64,000 bases of DNA, taken from positions 19,696-83,695 of the forward strand of contig CAWDSS010000010.1 of assembly GCA_963805065.1 (NCBI GenBank), written 5' to 3'. The notes under the pieces were generated by a model. The model was not told the DNA's origin, ran no database searches, and saw nothing but the letters and a program-made list of their open reading frames with translations. This document shows, in pieces, positions 8,958-17,625 of the stretch. The stretch is from Candidatus Omnitrophota bacterium. GTDB lineage: Bacteria; Omnitrophota; Gorgyraeia; Gygaellales; Profunditerraquicolaceae. Within the stretch, counting starts at the first letter, position 1; each line of letters starts with the position of its first letter. The translations under genes and the position numbers were made by a program.

Positions 8958-9001
8958 AAATTAAAGCCAGGTAAACAGTATTTTAAAACAGGCTGTATAT
9001 C

Positions 9002-9205
9002 TTAAAGTTTATTGAATTTCGTAATTGTGCGATGGCGGGAAGCCTTAAATGGAGAAAATATTCTCTGCACGCTATCCAGGAATGACAAGTATAAATCAAA
9101 TGAGATTGCGGTTAAATTATTCACTTTCTTTGTCCTGAAGTCTTCTCTACGGTGCTTATCTTTAGCATCCTCAAGCATTTCTCTTTTTTCCTCTTTACTT
9201 AGCAT
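9002..9205 (-). CDS. small hypothetical protein (67 aa)
   Basis: Overlaps the 3' end of the upstream nucleotidyltransferase-fold gene by 11 nt. Charged N-terminus. No recognisable family. Confidence 0.4.
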   Translation of the reverse strand: MLSKEEKREMLEDAKDKHRREDFRTKKVNNLTAISFDLYLSFLDSVQRIFSPFKASRHRTITKFNKL

Positions 9206-9746
9206 TTTTTATTTCCCTAATAATATCATCCAGTTCTTTTTCTCTCTCAAAAAGGGCAAAGTATTCTCTTAAAAGGCCGGTATCCAAAGTGGCATAATTA
9301 TTTCTGATAAGTTCCCTTACATCAGCCATATCTTGATATAGGCGAGCTGGATCATTTGAGCTTGCCTGCACCTTCAGGCCTATCTGATCTTCAGCCTTTA
9401 ATACCTTTACCTTAAACTCTCCGTCTAGGACCGGCATCTCTATCGCTCTTTTTAACATAGCAATAGTGTATTTTCTATGGGCAAGCAGGAAGTCGACTCT
9501 CCCCAGTTCAAAATTCTTGCTTGTAAAATTCAGGATGTCTTCGCTCTCGTGGAGAAGTTCATATCCCTGTTTAAGCATTAGAGCCTTGATCTTCGGCGAA
9601 TCTTCACTCAAGATAATTAAGTCAATATCACGCGTCGTTCTGGTTATGCCGGATGCCTGTAAAGCAAAGCCGCCTATGAGTGCGAAATCTACCTTTTCAC
9701 GCATAAAGCTTTCGATTAAAAATTTGAATACCAACGTAAAATCCAT
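9195..9746 (-). CDS. nucleotidyltransferase-fold protein (MNT/AbiEii-like)
   Basis: N-terminal FALIGGFALQASGITRTTRDIDLII resembles the G[SG]...D-x-D minimal NTase core. Family assignment is tentative. Confidence 0.5.
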   Translation of the reverse strand: MDFTLVFKFLIESFMREKVDFALIGGFALQASGITRTTRDIDLIILSEDSPKIKALMLKQGYELLHESEDILNFTSKNFELGRVDFLLAHRKYTIAMLKRAIEMPVLDGEFKVKVLKAEDQIGLKVQASSNDPARLYQDMADVRELIRNNYATLDTGLLREYFALFEREKELDDIIREIKNAK

Positions 9747-9806
9747 AGCTATATTATATACTATTTTTAATACACAACAATATAATTTATAAAATGGAGC
9801 ATTCCA

Positions 9807-9879
9807 AAATAAATGGGGACGTTTCTATTTTTACTCTTAGTTGGAGAGGTAAAAAAAATAGAAACGTCCCCATTTATTT
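9807..9879 (-). terminator. 25-bp perfect inverted repeat downstream of the PGI-like gene
   Basis: Arms AAATAAATGGGGACGTTTCTATTTT (9807-9831) and AAAATAGAAACGTCCCCATTTATTT (9855-9879) with a 23-nt loop. A/T runs flank both sides. Confidence 0.55.
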
Positions 9880-9902
9880 ACGTCAGAATGACTTGCTAGC
9901 TT

Positions 9903-12272
9903 CTAGTTTGCAGGCTTTAACACTGCCAAATTGTTTATCGGCTCAATCTTGATAATCTTGAATGCAAACCCCAGAAAACTCTTCGGGTCAATAAATGGTA
10001 GATCCATAGGCGAAGATGACGGCGTAGCAGCAACATCAATATTACCCAAGTCAATACCACCTTTGGCAAACTGAACGTCGGTTGGTGATGAACTACTCGT
10101 ATCGTCTTCATCAGCTTCTGATATGATGCTACTTGCAGATTCTTTCTGCACTTTTGCTTCAATGGAAGAGGCGGCTTGTTTAAGCATATCGATGTTATTT
10201 TCAGAATCAATTAATCTCAAGAATAACCCTAATCCACCTTGTTCTTTTCTTAATTCTGTCAGCGCCTCATAAGAAGCTTCGGCAAAATAATCACGAACCA
10301 AATTAGAAGGCACATTATCTAAATAGCCCTTGGCAAAACCAATAGCCGGCTTAGCAGGAAGTGTTTGTTCCGGAGTAAAAGATACAAAAAAAGGTAAATA
10401 CTTTTGCGGCTGGCTAAGGACTTGCTGATAACTTATATGCTGATCTCCAGTTCCCTGCATGACCCAAGGAATACCCGCTTCTACCAGGCTATCCCTCAAT
10501 TCATAAAACTTATCCCCTTCCAAATAAATGAAAGCTATTAATTTGCGCCCTTTGTTTTGAGCAACCTGCTTCATTTTTAGCAGCGCATTACTTAACTGCT
10601 CTTTATTGGCAATGTTTTTCGACAGATTCAAGTCCGGTATGTTGGTTTTAAATGCGCCTGCTCTTGCTTCCTTCTTAACTGATTCTAGTGCCTTATTAAT
10701 TGCGCCAGGATTTTTTACTTCTTCTTCCTGCAATGCCTTAAGCCGCTTTTCTAACAACCCTTTTCCCAATTCAACATAAGGCTGACGCACAAAAAGATTC
10801 TCCTGAACTATCTTTGTCGCCGGATTATTTAAATCATTCATATTTACATCTTCCGGATGATAACCCGCATCTCTAACCGCCCTGGCAATAAGACGATTTC
10901 CTATGGTATTAGTCATGCCGTAGAAAAGCGTGAAAAGTTCAGCGAATTGATTGGCGATTTCTTGGAGGGTAAGATTGTTAAAATCAGGGACATTGATATT
11001 AAAAACGTTGGGTACGCCTTTAAGCGTCTGAGGATCAGATAAATTAATAATCAACGTATTTGGCTTATTAATATAATGATTCTTCTGCGCATCCCATTTA
11101 CTTTCTTTTACCGCTATCAGGTTTACAAAACCATTCTGCCAGATACTTTCGTTGGTATTCTGCTCATCGGATTTTAGAAACCAGAATAAATAATCCGGGG
11201 CCTTAACAGCAATATCGGTTATTCCTTCATTTAGTATCTTATCTGCCAGAATATTTGCTGTATGATTTCCTTGCAGTATTTTTATTATACCGGTTTTACG
11301 TATATTCCAATACCTCTCGGCATCAAGGCCAAAAAAAGCCAGGAATGTCATCATATGCAAATCACCGGTCCACCGGCCACCTACATTATCAAACATTGCC
11401 CCAAATCCGGGCTTATCATCCTCTAGTTCCTTGTCCAACCCTGAATTACGTATAAATGCCGATAATCTACTTTCTTCAGGCCTATCTGTAGTTTCAAAAA
11501 ACATATTTCCCAAAACTACTGAGAATATACTTTTCACTTTCTCATAACTAACATCCATACCCTTAGTTCGTAAATTGTCAATGACTGAAGCAAGATTAAA
11601 ACCTTTAAAGAGGTCTTTTCCCGGACGCTCTGCTCTATCAACAAAATTCACTTTGTGCAGCATATCCAACACTTCATCCGCAAATTTCTGGCCATCTAAA
11701 CCATTTTCTTGTGCGATGTGCTTCAGAAGTGCATGGAATATTTCCACAAATACCATCATAGTTTCATCAGTAGAGCCAGATTTAGAACTAGGAATAACCG
11801 CAACTTGTTCCCAATCCGCGCCAATTTGCTTCAAATATTCCTGTATAGAAGCTTCAAAATCTTTCCCTAATTCATATTCTCCCACAATTTTTACATCTTT
11901 AGGACTAGCTACTTCAAAACCACTAGCAATTCCCTGGAACGGCGTATGCTGTCCACCAATACCTGTTTTAATAATAAGTTTAATAGGCTTGCCTAATCTA
12001 GACTTGCGCCTTGCGAAGAAAACTTTCATTTCTTTAACATTAGAAATGAAAGTTTCTTTCCCGCCTTTCGCAAAATAGCCTTGGTTACCGGTCAAAGCAA
12101 AAGAACCGTTAATTGCTGCGCCTTCCGGAACGCCATAACCTGGTTGATTATAGCCGCCTTTCAAGAATAGCGCAGCCATTTCTCCTTTATTTGCAGGAAC
12201 GCTCAAAGGAGTAGTTAATTTTTGCAAGATGATTTTTGCATCGCTTTTTTCTCGCATTATATCTATTTTCAT
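9903..12272 (-). CDS. divergent long glucose-6-phosphate isomerase (PGI/SIS) family protein with Ser-rich C-terminal tail
   Basis: PGI-like motifs GIGGQHTP, SKSGSTDETMMVF, VGGRWTGD and GDQHISYQQ. 789 aa, compared with about 450-550 aa for typical bacterial PGI. The tail runs SSSSPTDVQFAKGGIDLGNIDV...FKIIKIEPINNLAVL. Confidence 0.65.
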   Translation of the reverse strand: MKIDIMREKSDAKIILQKLTTPLSVPANKGEMAALFLKGGYNQPGYGVPEGAAINGSFALTGNQGYFAKGGKETFISNVKEMKVFFARRKSRLGKPIKLIIKTGIGGQHTPFQGIASGFEVASPKDVKIVGEYELGKDFEASIQEYLKQIGADWEQVAVIPSSKSGSTDETMMVFVEIFHALLKHIAQENGLDGQKFADEVLDMLHKVNFVDRAERPGKDLFKGFNLASVIDNLRTKGMDVSYEKVKSIFSVVLGNMFFETTDRPEESRLSAFIRNSGLDKELEDDKPGFGAMFDNVGGRWTGDLHMMTFLAFFGLDAERYWNIRKTGIIKILQGNHTANILADKILNEGITDIAVKAPDYLFWFLKSDEQNTNESIWQNGFVNLIAVKESKWDAQKNHYINKPNTLIINLSDPQTLKGVPNVFNINVPDFNNLTLQEIANQFAELFTLFYGMTNTIGNRLIARAVRDAGYHPEDVNMNDLNNPATKIVQENLFVRQPYVELGKGLLEKRLKALQEEEVKNPGAINKALESVKKEARAGAFKTNIPDLNLSKNIANKEQLSNALLKMKQVAQNKGRKLIAFIYLEGDKFYELRDSLVEAGIPWVMQGTGDQHISYQQVLSQPQKYLPFFVSFTPEQTLPAKPAIGFAKGYLDNVPSNLVRDYFAEASYEALTELRKEQGGLGLFLRLIDSENNIDMLKQAASSIEAKVQKESASSIISEADEDDTSSSSPTDVQFAKGGIDLGNIDVAATPSSSPMDLPFIDPKSFLGFAFKIIKIEPINNLAVLKPAN

Positions 12273-12318
12273 TATAACCCTCTAATCATCATAACTTATT
12301 TTTGTCCTATTTAGCACT

Positions 12319-12327
12319 ATTATAGCA
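12319..12327 (-). promoter_or_regulatory. extended -10 box TGCTATAAT (minus strand)
   Basis: The minus strand reads AATTTTGCTATAAT about 45 nt upstream of the 12272 start codon. Confidence 0.45.
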
Positions 12328-12390
12328 AAATTTCTATTTCATAAACAGGATTTTATTAAACAGCAGGCTCACCCGCTGGCAATACAACAA

Positions 12391-12421
12391 AAAATCCCGT
12401 AACCTTTGGTTACGGGATTTT
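12391..12421 (-). terminator. rho-independent terminator
   Basis: AAAATCCCGTAACC-TTT-GGTTACGGGATTTT. The minus strand has a T-run after the stem. Lies downstream of the radical SAM gene. Confidence 0.65.
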
Positions 12422-12518
12422 ACGTCAAGAAGTATATGTTGGCTTTGGTTTATTGTTTAAAATCTGGAGGCTTTGGCTACGCCCTCTGCTAAGAGCTTAT
12501 CCTGGTGCAGGTGGCATT

Positions 12519-13805
12519 TCATGAAGACACTAACCAATGCATATTACGGTTACGTCTCACCCATTCCTTGATAATGAAATGGCCCATGAAGCGAAACATC
12601 GCGTTTCTTAAGCGCAATTTAAAGAGTAAAGCTACTGACCTGTAGAGAGAATAAAATTTAGTGTATGCCCTTAACACACAAAGCTGTAGTTCTTGGGCAG
12701 ATAACAGCTTAGGATTAAAAACAATATGCTGCCCATCGTAAAGGCTCCAATCCTTGCTAAAAATCCTGTTTTGGGCTTCCAGATCTTTATAAACCTTAGT
12801 CCCCGGGAAGGGAGTGAGAATTGACATTTGAATCGTATCTATCTTATGCTTTATGGCAAACTTCAACGTCTCCCAAACCGTAGTTTTATTATCATCCTCT
12901 CCGCCCAAAACAAACATACCGTGGATTTTTATCCTTCTCTGATGCAAAGAACGAATGGCAGACACAATTTCTTCAATGGTCTGGCTCTTTTGGTAAGCCT
13001 TAAGCGTTCTGGGATTAATAGACTCAAAGCCTATGCAGGCGAGTTTGCAACCTGCCTGAGCCATAAGATTTAAGAGTTCATTATCTTTGGCAACGTCACA
13101 ACGCACCTGGCAGCTCCAATTATTTATTTTATGTTTTAACAACAGGTTTAATAACGATTTTGTGCGTTTGGGGTGGGCGGCAAAATTATCGTCGCAAAAA
13201 AAGAAGGATTTTGCATCCCTGGATTTCAATTCGTTTACGATATTTTCTGCACTGCGGAAACGGTATTTGCGGCCGAACATTTTTGTGACGGAACAAAAAC
13301 TGCAATCAAAAGGGCAGCCTCGCGAAGTAGAAATAGGATGCAAAGGAGAAGGCAGCTTAAAACCTTTAATCAAGGAAAAATCAGGGATGGGTAAGCTATC
13401 CAGGTTCTCAACTGGTTTGCCATAAACAATCGACTCTGTCCTTCTGCCTTCCACAACATCCACAATAACCTCTTCAGCCTCACCTACTACTACCTGCCTG
13501 GCAAACTGAAGAGTTTCGTCAGGCGAAAGGCTGGCATGGACTCCTCCTATAATTACTTTTTCTTTGGGGAATCTCTTGGCTATCTCGTAGCCGCGTTTGG
13601 CTGTAGAAGTTAAAATTGATATACCTATCAAGTCCGCGTGCAAATTAGCATAATCCGGTGGGCAGATATCTTCGTTATAAACCTCAACTTCATGGCCCCT
13701 GTTTTTCAGGATAGTCCCCAGATAAACCGGGCCTAATAAAGGCATGGACAATTTACTGTAAACATTTGCCTCTGAAGCACGGGGTTCAATTAGTACTATT
13801 TTCAT
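12519..13805 (-). CDS. B12-binding domain radical SAM protein
   Basis: N-terminal Rossmann-like B12 domain and a CxxxCxxC cluster (TSRGCPFDCSFCSV). Confidence 0.85.
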   Translation of the reverse strand: MKIVLIEPRASEANVYSKLSMPLLGPVYLGTILKNRGHEVEVYNEDICPPDYANLHADLIGISILTSTAKRGYEIAKRFPKEKVIIGGVHASLSPDETLQFARQVVVGEAEEVIVDVVEGRRTESIVYGKPVENLDSLPIPDFSLIKGFKLPSPLHPISTSRGCPFDCSFCSVTKMFGRKYRFRSAENIVNELKSRDAKSFFFCDDNFAAHPKRTKSLLNLLLKHKINNWSCQVRCDVAKDNELLNLMAQAGCKLACIGFESINPRTLKAYQKSQTIEEIVSAIRSLHQRRIKIHGMFVLGGEDDNKTTVWETLKFAIKHKIDTIQMSILTPFPGTKVYKDLEAQNRIFSKDWSLYDGQHIVFNPKLLSAQELQLCVLRAYTKFYSLYRSVALLFKLRLRNAMFRFMGHFIIKEWVRRNRNMHWLVSS

Positions 13806-13808
13806 TAT

Positions 13809-14018
13809 TTAGGCTTTTGGTGTGGCGTGTACGTTGACTGCGCGGGGCCCTTTTTCTGATTTCTCAATATCAAACTCTACTTCCTGATTCTCGGTTAAAT
13901 CGGTAAACTTGAGATCAACCAACGCACTCTGATGGAAAAATACTTCTCTTCCATCGGTATCGCTGATAAAACCGAATCCTCTTTCGCTGACTAACTTCTT
14001 TATTTTACCTGTGTGCAT
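13809..14018 (-). CDS. cold-shock domain protein
   Basis: RGFGFISDTDGREVFFHQSAL contains RNP1/RNP2-like CSD motifs. Confidence 0.8.
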   Translation of the reverse strand: MHTGKIKKLVSERGFGFISDTDGREVFFHQSALVDLKFTDLTENQEVEFDIEKSEKGPRAVNVHATPKA

Positions 14019-14030
14019 TTCTTCTCCTTT

Positions 14031-14070
14031 TTAAAAAATAAAGCCCAGCTCTTCAAAGAGACCGGGCTTT
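14031..14070 (-). terminator. imperfect hairpin plus T-run after the csp gene
   Basis: AAAGCCC...GGGCTTT arms (14040-14046 and 14064-14070). The minus strand continues ATTTTTTAA. Confidence 0.45.
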
Positions 14071-14083
14071 ATTCGTTTTTTGG

Positions 14084-14284
14084 TTATATTTTGACTACGT
14101 TGGTAGCCTGCTCGCCTTTAGGGCCATTGGTAATATCAAACTCTACCTGCTGACCTTCATCCAAAGACTTGTAACCTTCTCCCTTGATAGCTGTATGATG
14201 CACGAAGACATCATTGCCGTTTTCAGGAGTAATGAATCCATAACCTTTCTGGTTATTGAACCATTTTACTGTTCCTTTTGCCAT
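14084..14284 (-). CDS. cspA: cold-shock protein, CspA family
   Basis: [30 protein letters not shown] is a canonical CspA sequence. 66 aa. Confidence 0.9.
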   Translation of the reverse strand: MAKGTVKWFNNQKGYGFITPENGNDVFVHHTAIKGEGYKSLDEGQQVEFDITNGPKGEQATNVVKI

Positions 14285-14394
14285 TGCTTGTTACCTCCTT
14301 CTTATAAAATTATAGTAAAACCGCTAGAAATCCTTATCATCTTTACCTGCCTGCTAGATTTTTAAGATTTCTAACGGGGCAAACAATGACATAC

Positions 14395-14435
14395 ATAAAA
14401 AAACCGTAAGGTTAGTCATCTTGCTTCCCTCACGG
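14395..14435 (-). terminator. hairpin plus T-run after the PilZ gene
   Basis: On the minus strand CCGTGAGG...CCTTACGG (one G-U pair) is followed by TTTTTTTA. Confidence 0.5.
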
Positions 14436-14491
14436 CCTAAAGACTTCTAAACTTTTACTACAAAGTTAGTTTACCACCTTTTGGAAGTTTG

Positions 14492-14821
14492 TCAAGTTAT
14501 TTCTTTGTTTATTACTTGCGGAACCATCAATTCTGCTGTTTCTAAACCAATCCCCGCTATATGAATTTTGCCCTTAATCAGATTTGACCAGATTACCTCT
14601 CCCTCTAGATACGTTGGTTTATCATTATGAGGCAGTTTTAGCCAAATTTGTAAGGGCGTGTGCGGCATTAACTTCTTATGCAATAGCAAGCTTATTCCTT
14701 GCGCGCTAATATCATGTGTTTGGCCTAAATACTTCTTATTAGAATCAAAAAATGAGTATTTTAGAGAAAACTTTATCAGGATTCTTTCAAACGTTCTTCT
14801 TTCAAACATAATCAATTTCAC
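14492..14821 (-). CDS. PilZ-domain protein
   Basis: RRTFER...DISAQGISL matches the PilZ RxxxR / DxSxxG c-di-GMP binding motifs. The GTG start at 14821 overlaps the upstream stop as GTGA. Confidence 0.7.
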   Translation of the reverse strand: MKLIMFERRTFERILIKFSLKYSFFDSNKKYLGQTHDISAQGISLLLHKKLMPHTPLQIWLKLPHNDKPTYLEGEVIWSNLIKGKIHIAGIGLETAELMVPQVINKEIT

Positions 14822-14994
14822 TCAAATTTTAAACACTCGTTGCAAACGTGTAATGGCTGGTTGCTGGATACTTCCTGGCAGAATAGTGCTTTTTGGGAGT
14901 TCCCCATTAAACTGAAAAACTGCCTTAACGCACTCAAAGACAAAACATACAACCTGAATTTTTCAACATCTTTTCCGCAAATTACACAACCCAT
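14818..14994 (-). CDS. small Cys-rich zinc-ribbon-like ORF (58 aa), below the track threshold
   Basis: Hand translation: MGCVICGKDVEKF...HVCNECLKFE, with CxxC at both ends. Shine-Dalgarno AAGGAAGGAG lies upstream. The stop overlaps the PilZ GTG start. Confidence 0.4.
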   Translation of the reverse strand: MGCVICGKDVEKFRLYVLSLSALRQFFSLMGNSQKALFCQEVSSNQPLHVCNECLKFE

Positions 14995-15017
14995 TTAACA
15001 CTCCTTCCTTTTTATTA

Positions 15018-15048
15018 AAACAAAAACGCCCCTAAAAAATTAGGAGGC
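15018..15048 (-). terminator. hairpin plus T-run upstream of the zinc-ribbon ORF
   Basis: On the minus strand GCCTCCTAA-TTTT-TTAGGGGC is followed by GTTTTTGTTTT. The CCTCC arm is complementary to the downstream Shine-Dalgarno sequence. Confidence 0.4.
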
Positions 15049-15200
15049 AGACTTTCCTAAAATTGAATACGCTGTACTCAAAATATAACATTTGTGAGCG
15101 ACTTTTCAATACGGAAACCGATAGTTTAAGAAAACGCTTGCTTTTGGGATTTTAAGACGAAAGTTGGCGGGAATTTCGGAAACAAAGGAGTGCTTTCTGG

Positions 15201-16268
15201 TTATAATCTTATCAATTCGTAATCCAGGTTACCCAGGCCTATCTCATGGGCATATTTAAGCTGAACCATGCCGTCTTGATCAGGGTGAGCTTGCTTAAAT
15301 ATATCCTCACCACTTGCCTGAATCACCAAATCCAGGCTGGCCTTGTCAATAGCCACAGGATCACTAGAAGCTAATATTCCTACATCAGGGCCGATGCGCG
15401 GGTTATCCATGCCCCAACAATCGCATTCTTTATTTATTTTGACGGCAAAATTTATGAAAGCTTGTCTGCCTAATTTATCCTTCAACACGGCATAAGCATA
15501 TTCCATCATTTTCTCCTGCACCGCAGCCCCTGCCCACAAATCTCCGAACATCGCCATGGTAGGACAAACACCTATACAGCTGGCACAACCGATACATTTT
15601 GCTTTATCAACCTGCGCTTTATTGTTCTCCATGGTTATAGCGGCTACCGGGCAAATTTGCTCGCAAGCGCCGCAGCCGCTACATTGATCTTTATGCACAA
15701 CAGGTGAAACATCACAATGCTGCGCAAGTTTTCCCTCTCTCACAGCGCAACCCATGCCTGTATTCTTCAAAGCTCCGCCGAAACCAGTAAGCATATGGCC
15801 TTTAAAATGGTTAACTGCCACAAACGCATCTGCGTCAGTAAAAATACGCGCTATTTTAGCTGTCTTAAGCATTTTCTGGTTAATCTGGACAGCTATGATA
15901 TCATCTTTCTTAGAATCATCAGGGATAATGACTTTTGCCCCTGCTATTTCTTTTGTAAACCCGTGTTCATATGCGAGTTTCAGGTGGTCTTGTGAATTCG
16001 TGCGCCTGCCGCGGTAAAGCGTATTGGTATCCACTAAAAACGCAGTTGCGCCCCGGCCAGCTATGCCGTCACATACTACACGCACGTATTCGGCATTAAC
16101 AAAACCGGTATTGCCTTCTTCTCCGAAATGCACCTTTACTGCTACTTTAGCTTTCCTGCTGATAAAATCCAGGACACGGCTTTCCTTAAGCAGCATATTT
16201 AGCTTAGCTTTAACAACTTGCGCCTGATTAGAGTTTTCTACTACCGTAAAGTAGACTTTGCTTTTCAT
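15201..16268 (-). CDS. DUF362 domain protein with 2x[4Fe-4S] ferredoxin insert
   Basis: CSGCGACEQICP and CIGCASCIGVCP cluster motifs inside a DUF362-like scaffold. Confidence 0.8.
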   Translation of the reverse strand: MKSKVYFTVVENSNQAQVVKAKLNMLLKESRVLDFISRKAKVAVKVHFGEEGNTGFVNAEYVRVVCDGIAGRGATAFLVDTNTLYRGRRTNSQDHLKLAYEHGFTKEIAGAKVIIPDDSKKDDIIAVQINQKMLKTAKIARIFTDADAFVAVNHFKGHMLTGFGGALKNTGMGCAVREGKLAQHCDVSPVVHKDQCSGCGACEQICPVAAITMENNKAQVDKAKCIGCASCIGVCPTMAMFGDLWAGAAVQEKMMEYAYAVLKDKLGRQAFINFAVKINKECDCWGMDNPRIGPDVGILASSDPVAIDKASLDLVIQASGEDIFKQAHPDQDGMVQLKYAHEIGLGNLDYELIRL

Positions 16269-16270
16269 AT

Positions 16271-17614
16271 TTATTCTTGCGCCTGTTCTGACAAAATTTC
16301 TAAGCCGGATGCTACGCCAATGCCTTTGGCTACTTCCGGAATTATCCCCTTCTTAACGTATATCGGCCTTATTTTTTCCCTGACCAAAGGTAATTTCCTG
16401 AAAAATAAATACGCTCCTATAATACAGCATATCCCCCCAAAAAACAAGGTATTAGGAGCCCCTATTTTGCTGGCCAACCCGCCGGCAATCAGGCTGCCGA
16501 AAGGAGCCACGCCCATAAAAGCAGTAGCATACAAACTCATTATACGACCGCGCTTATCTTCTTCAACAATGGTCTGTAAAATTGTATTACTGGCTGCCAT
16601 CTGGACCATCATAGAAAAACCAGCTATAGCAACCACCGGCAATGAGAACCAAAGGACCTTTGAATGGGAAAATATTATCAGCCCTAAACCAAACATAGCT
16701 GCTGCAATGGCAATTACCCTTGCCAAACCAACAACGGTTTTCCTTCCGGCTAGATAAATTGCTCCACCCAGAGCTCCGATTCCTGCCATAGCCATAAGGA
16801 ACCCTAAGGTCTTTGGCCCACCATGAAAAATATCCCTGGCAAAAACAGGCATCAAAACCTGATAAGGAACGCCTGTCAGGCTGATTAAACCCAGAAGCAG
16901 AAGAATGTATTTAATAGGGGCAAAATTAAACGCGTAAACAAACCCGTCTTTTAATTCTCGCAATAAATGCTGGCGCGTATCTTTTCTGGGGACCCTGCTG
17001 ATTTTCATTATCAGTAACGATATGATAACCGCAACGTAACTGACCGCGTTAAATAAGAAACAGACTCCTTCGCCAAATGCCGCGATAATAATTCCGCCTA
17101 TGGATGGGCCTATGAGTCTCGCCATATTTACCATCGAGGAATTCAAAGCAATGGCATTACCCAGGTCTTCTTTTTTATCTATCATTTCGATTGTGAATGC
17201 CTGGCGCACGGGTATGTCAAAAGAATTCACTACTCCCAAAAAAATGCTTAATGCAATAATCTGCCATACTTGTATGTAATTGGTAAATACAAGTATGGAT
17301 AACAATAACGCCTGCAACATTGCCAATGTCTGAGTAATAATCAATATGCGGTGGCGGTTATGCCTGTCGGCAATTACTCCCGCTACTGGCGTCAGCATAA
17401 AAGACGGAAGCTGCCCGAAAAATCCCACGATGCCTAGTAAGAATGCGGAATTTGTCATGCGGTACACCAACCAGCTCATGGCAATCTGCTGCATCCAGGT
17501 ACCGGATAAAGATATGCTCTGGCCGATAAAAAACAGGCGATAATTCCTATTTTTAAGGGCACGGAAAATATGTTCTAGATTATTTAAATCAAAACGTACA
17601 GTTTTGTGTCTCAT
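16271..17614 (-). CDS. MFS transporter (EntS/MFS_3-like), intact
   Basis: About 12 hydrophobic helices. N-terminal RNRNYRLFFIGQSISLSGTWMQ is typical of the family. Confidence 0.85.
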   Translation of the reverse strand: MRHKTVRFDLNNLEHIFRALKNRNYRLFFIGQSISLSGTWMQQIAMSWLVYRMTNSAFLLGIVGFFGQLPSFMLTPVAGVIADRHNRHRILIITQTLAMLQALLLSILVFTNYIQVWQIIALSIFLGVVNSFDIPVRQAFTIEMIDKKEDLGNAIALNSSMVNMARLIGPSIGGIIIAAFGEGVCFLFNAVSYVAVIISLLIMKISRVPRKDTRQHLLRELKDGFVYAFNFAPIKYILLLLGLISLTGVPYQVLMPVFARDIFHGGPKTLGFLMAMAGIGALGGAIYLAGRKTVVGLARVIAIAAAMFGLGLIIFSHSKVLWFSLPVVAIAGFSMMVQMAASNTILQTIVEEDKRGRIMSLYATAFMGVAPFGSLIAGGLASKIGAPNTLFFGGICCIIGAYLFFRKLPLVREKIRPIYVKKGIIPEVAKGIGVASGLEILSEQAQE

Positions 17615-17625
17615 TTTCTATTACT

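Noticed and set aside
8934-8971. The 10-bp inverted repeat CTGGCTTTAA...TTAAAGCCAG as a terminator.
   Set aside because: There is no T-run on the transcribed strand. Its loop contains the TGCTATAAT promoter box, so its role is ambiguous and it was not listed as a feature.
7871-9746. Prophage or mobile island inferred from the GemA-like and nucleotidyltransferase genes.
   Set aside because: There is no integrase, transposase, structural phage gene, flanking direct repeat or tRNA. The genes are tightly co-oriented with ordinary cellular genes.
9935-10210. Same-strand alternative-frame ORFs inside larger genes: 9935-10210, 26922-27128, 31901-32185, 36696-36893, 40830-41021, 49815-50018, 52009-52282, 60157-60405.
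   Set aside because: They are embedded out of frame within genes that have strong family signatures. They show no independent translation signals and have atypical composition.
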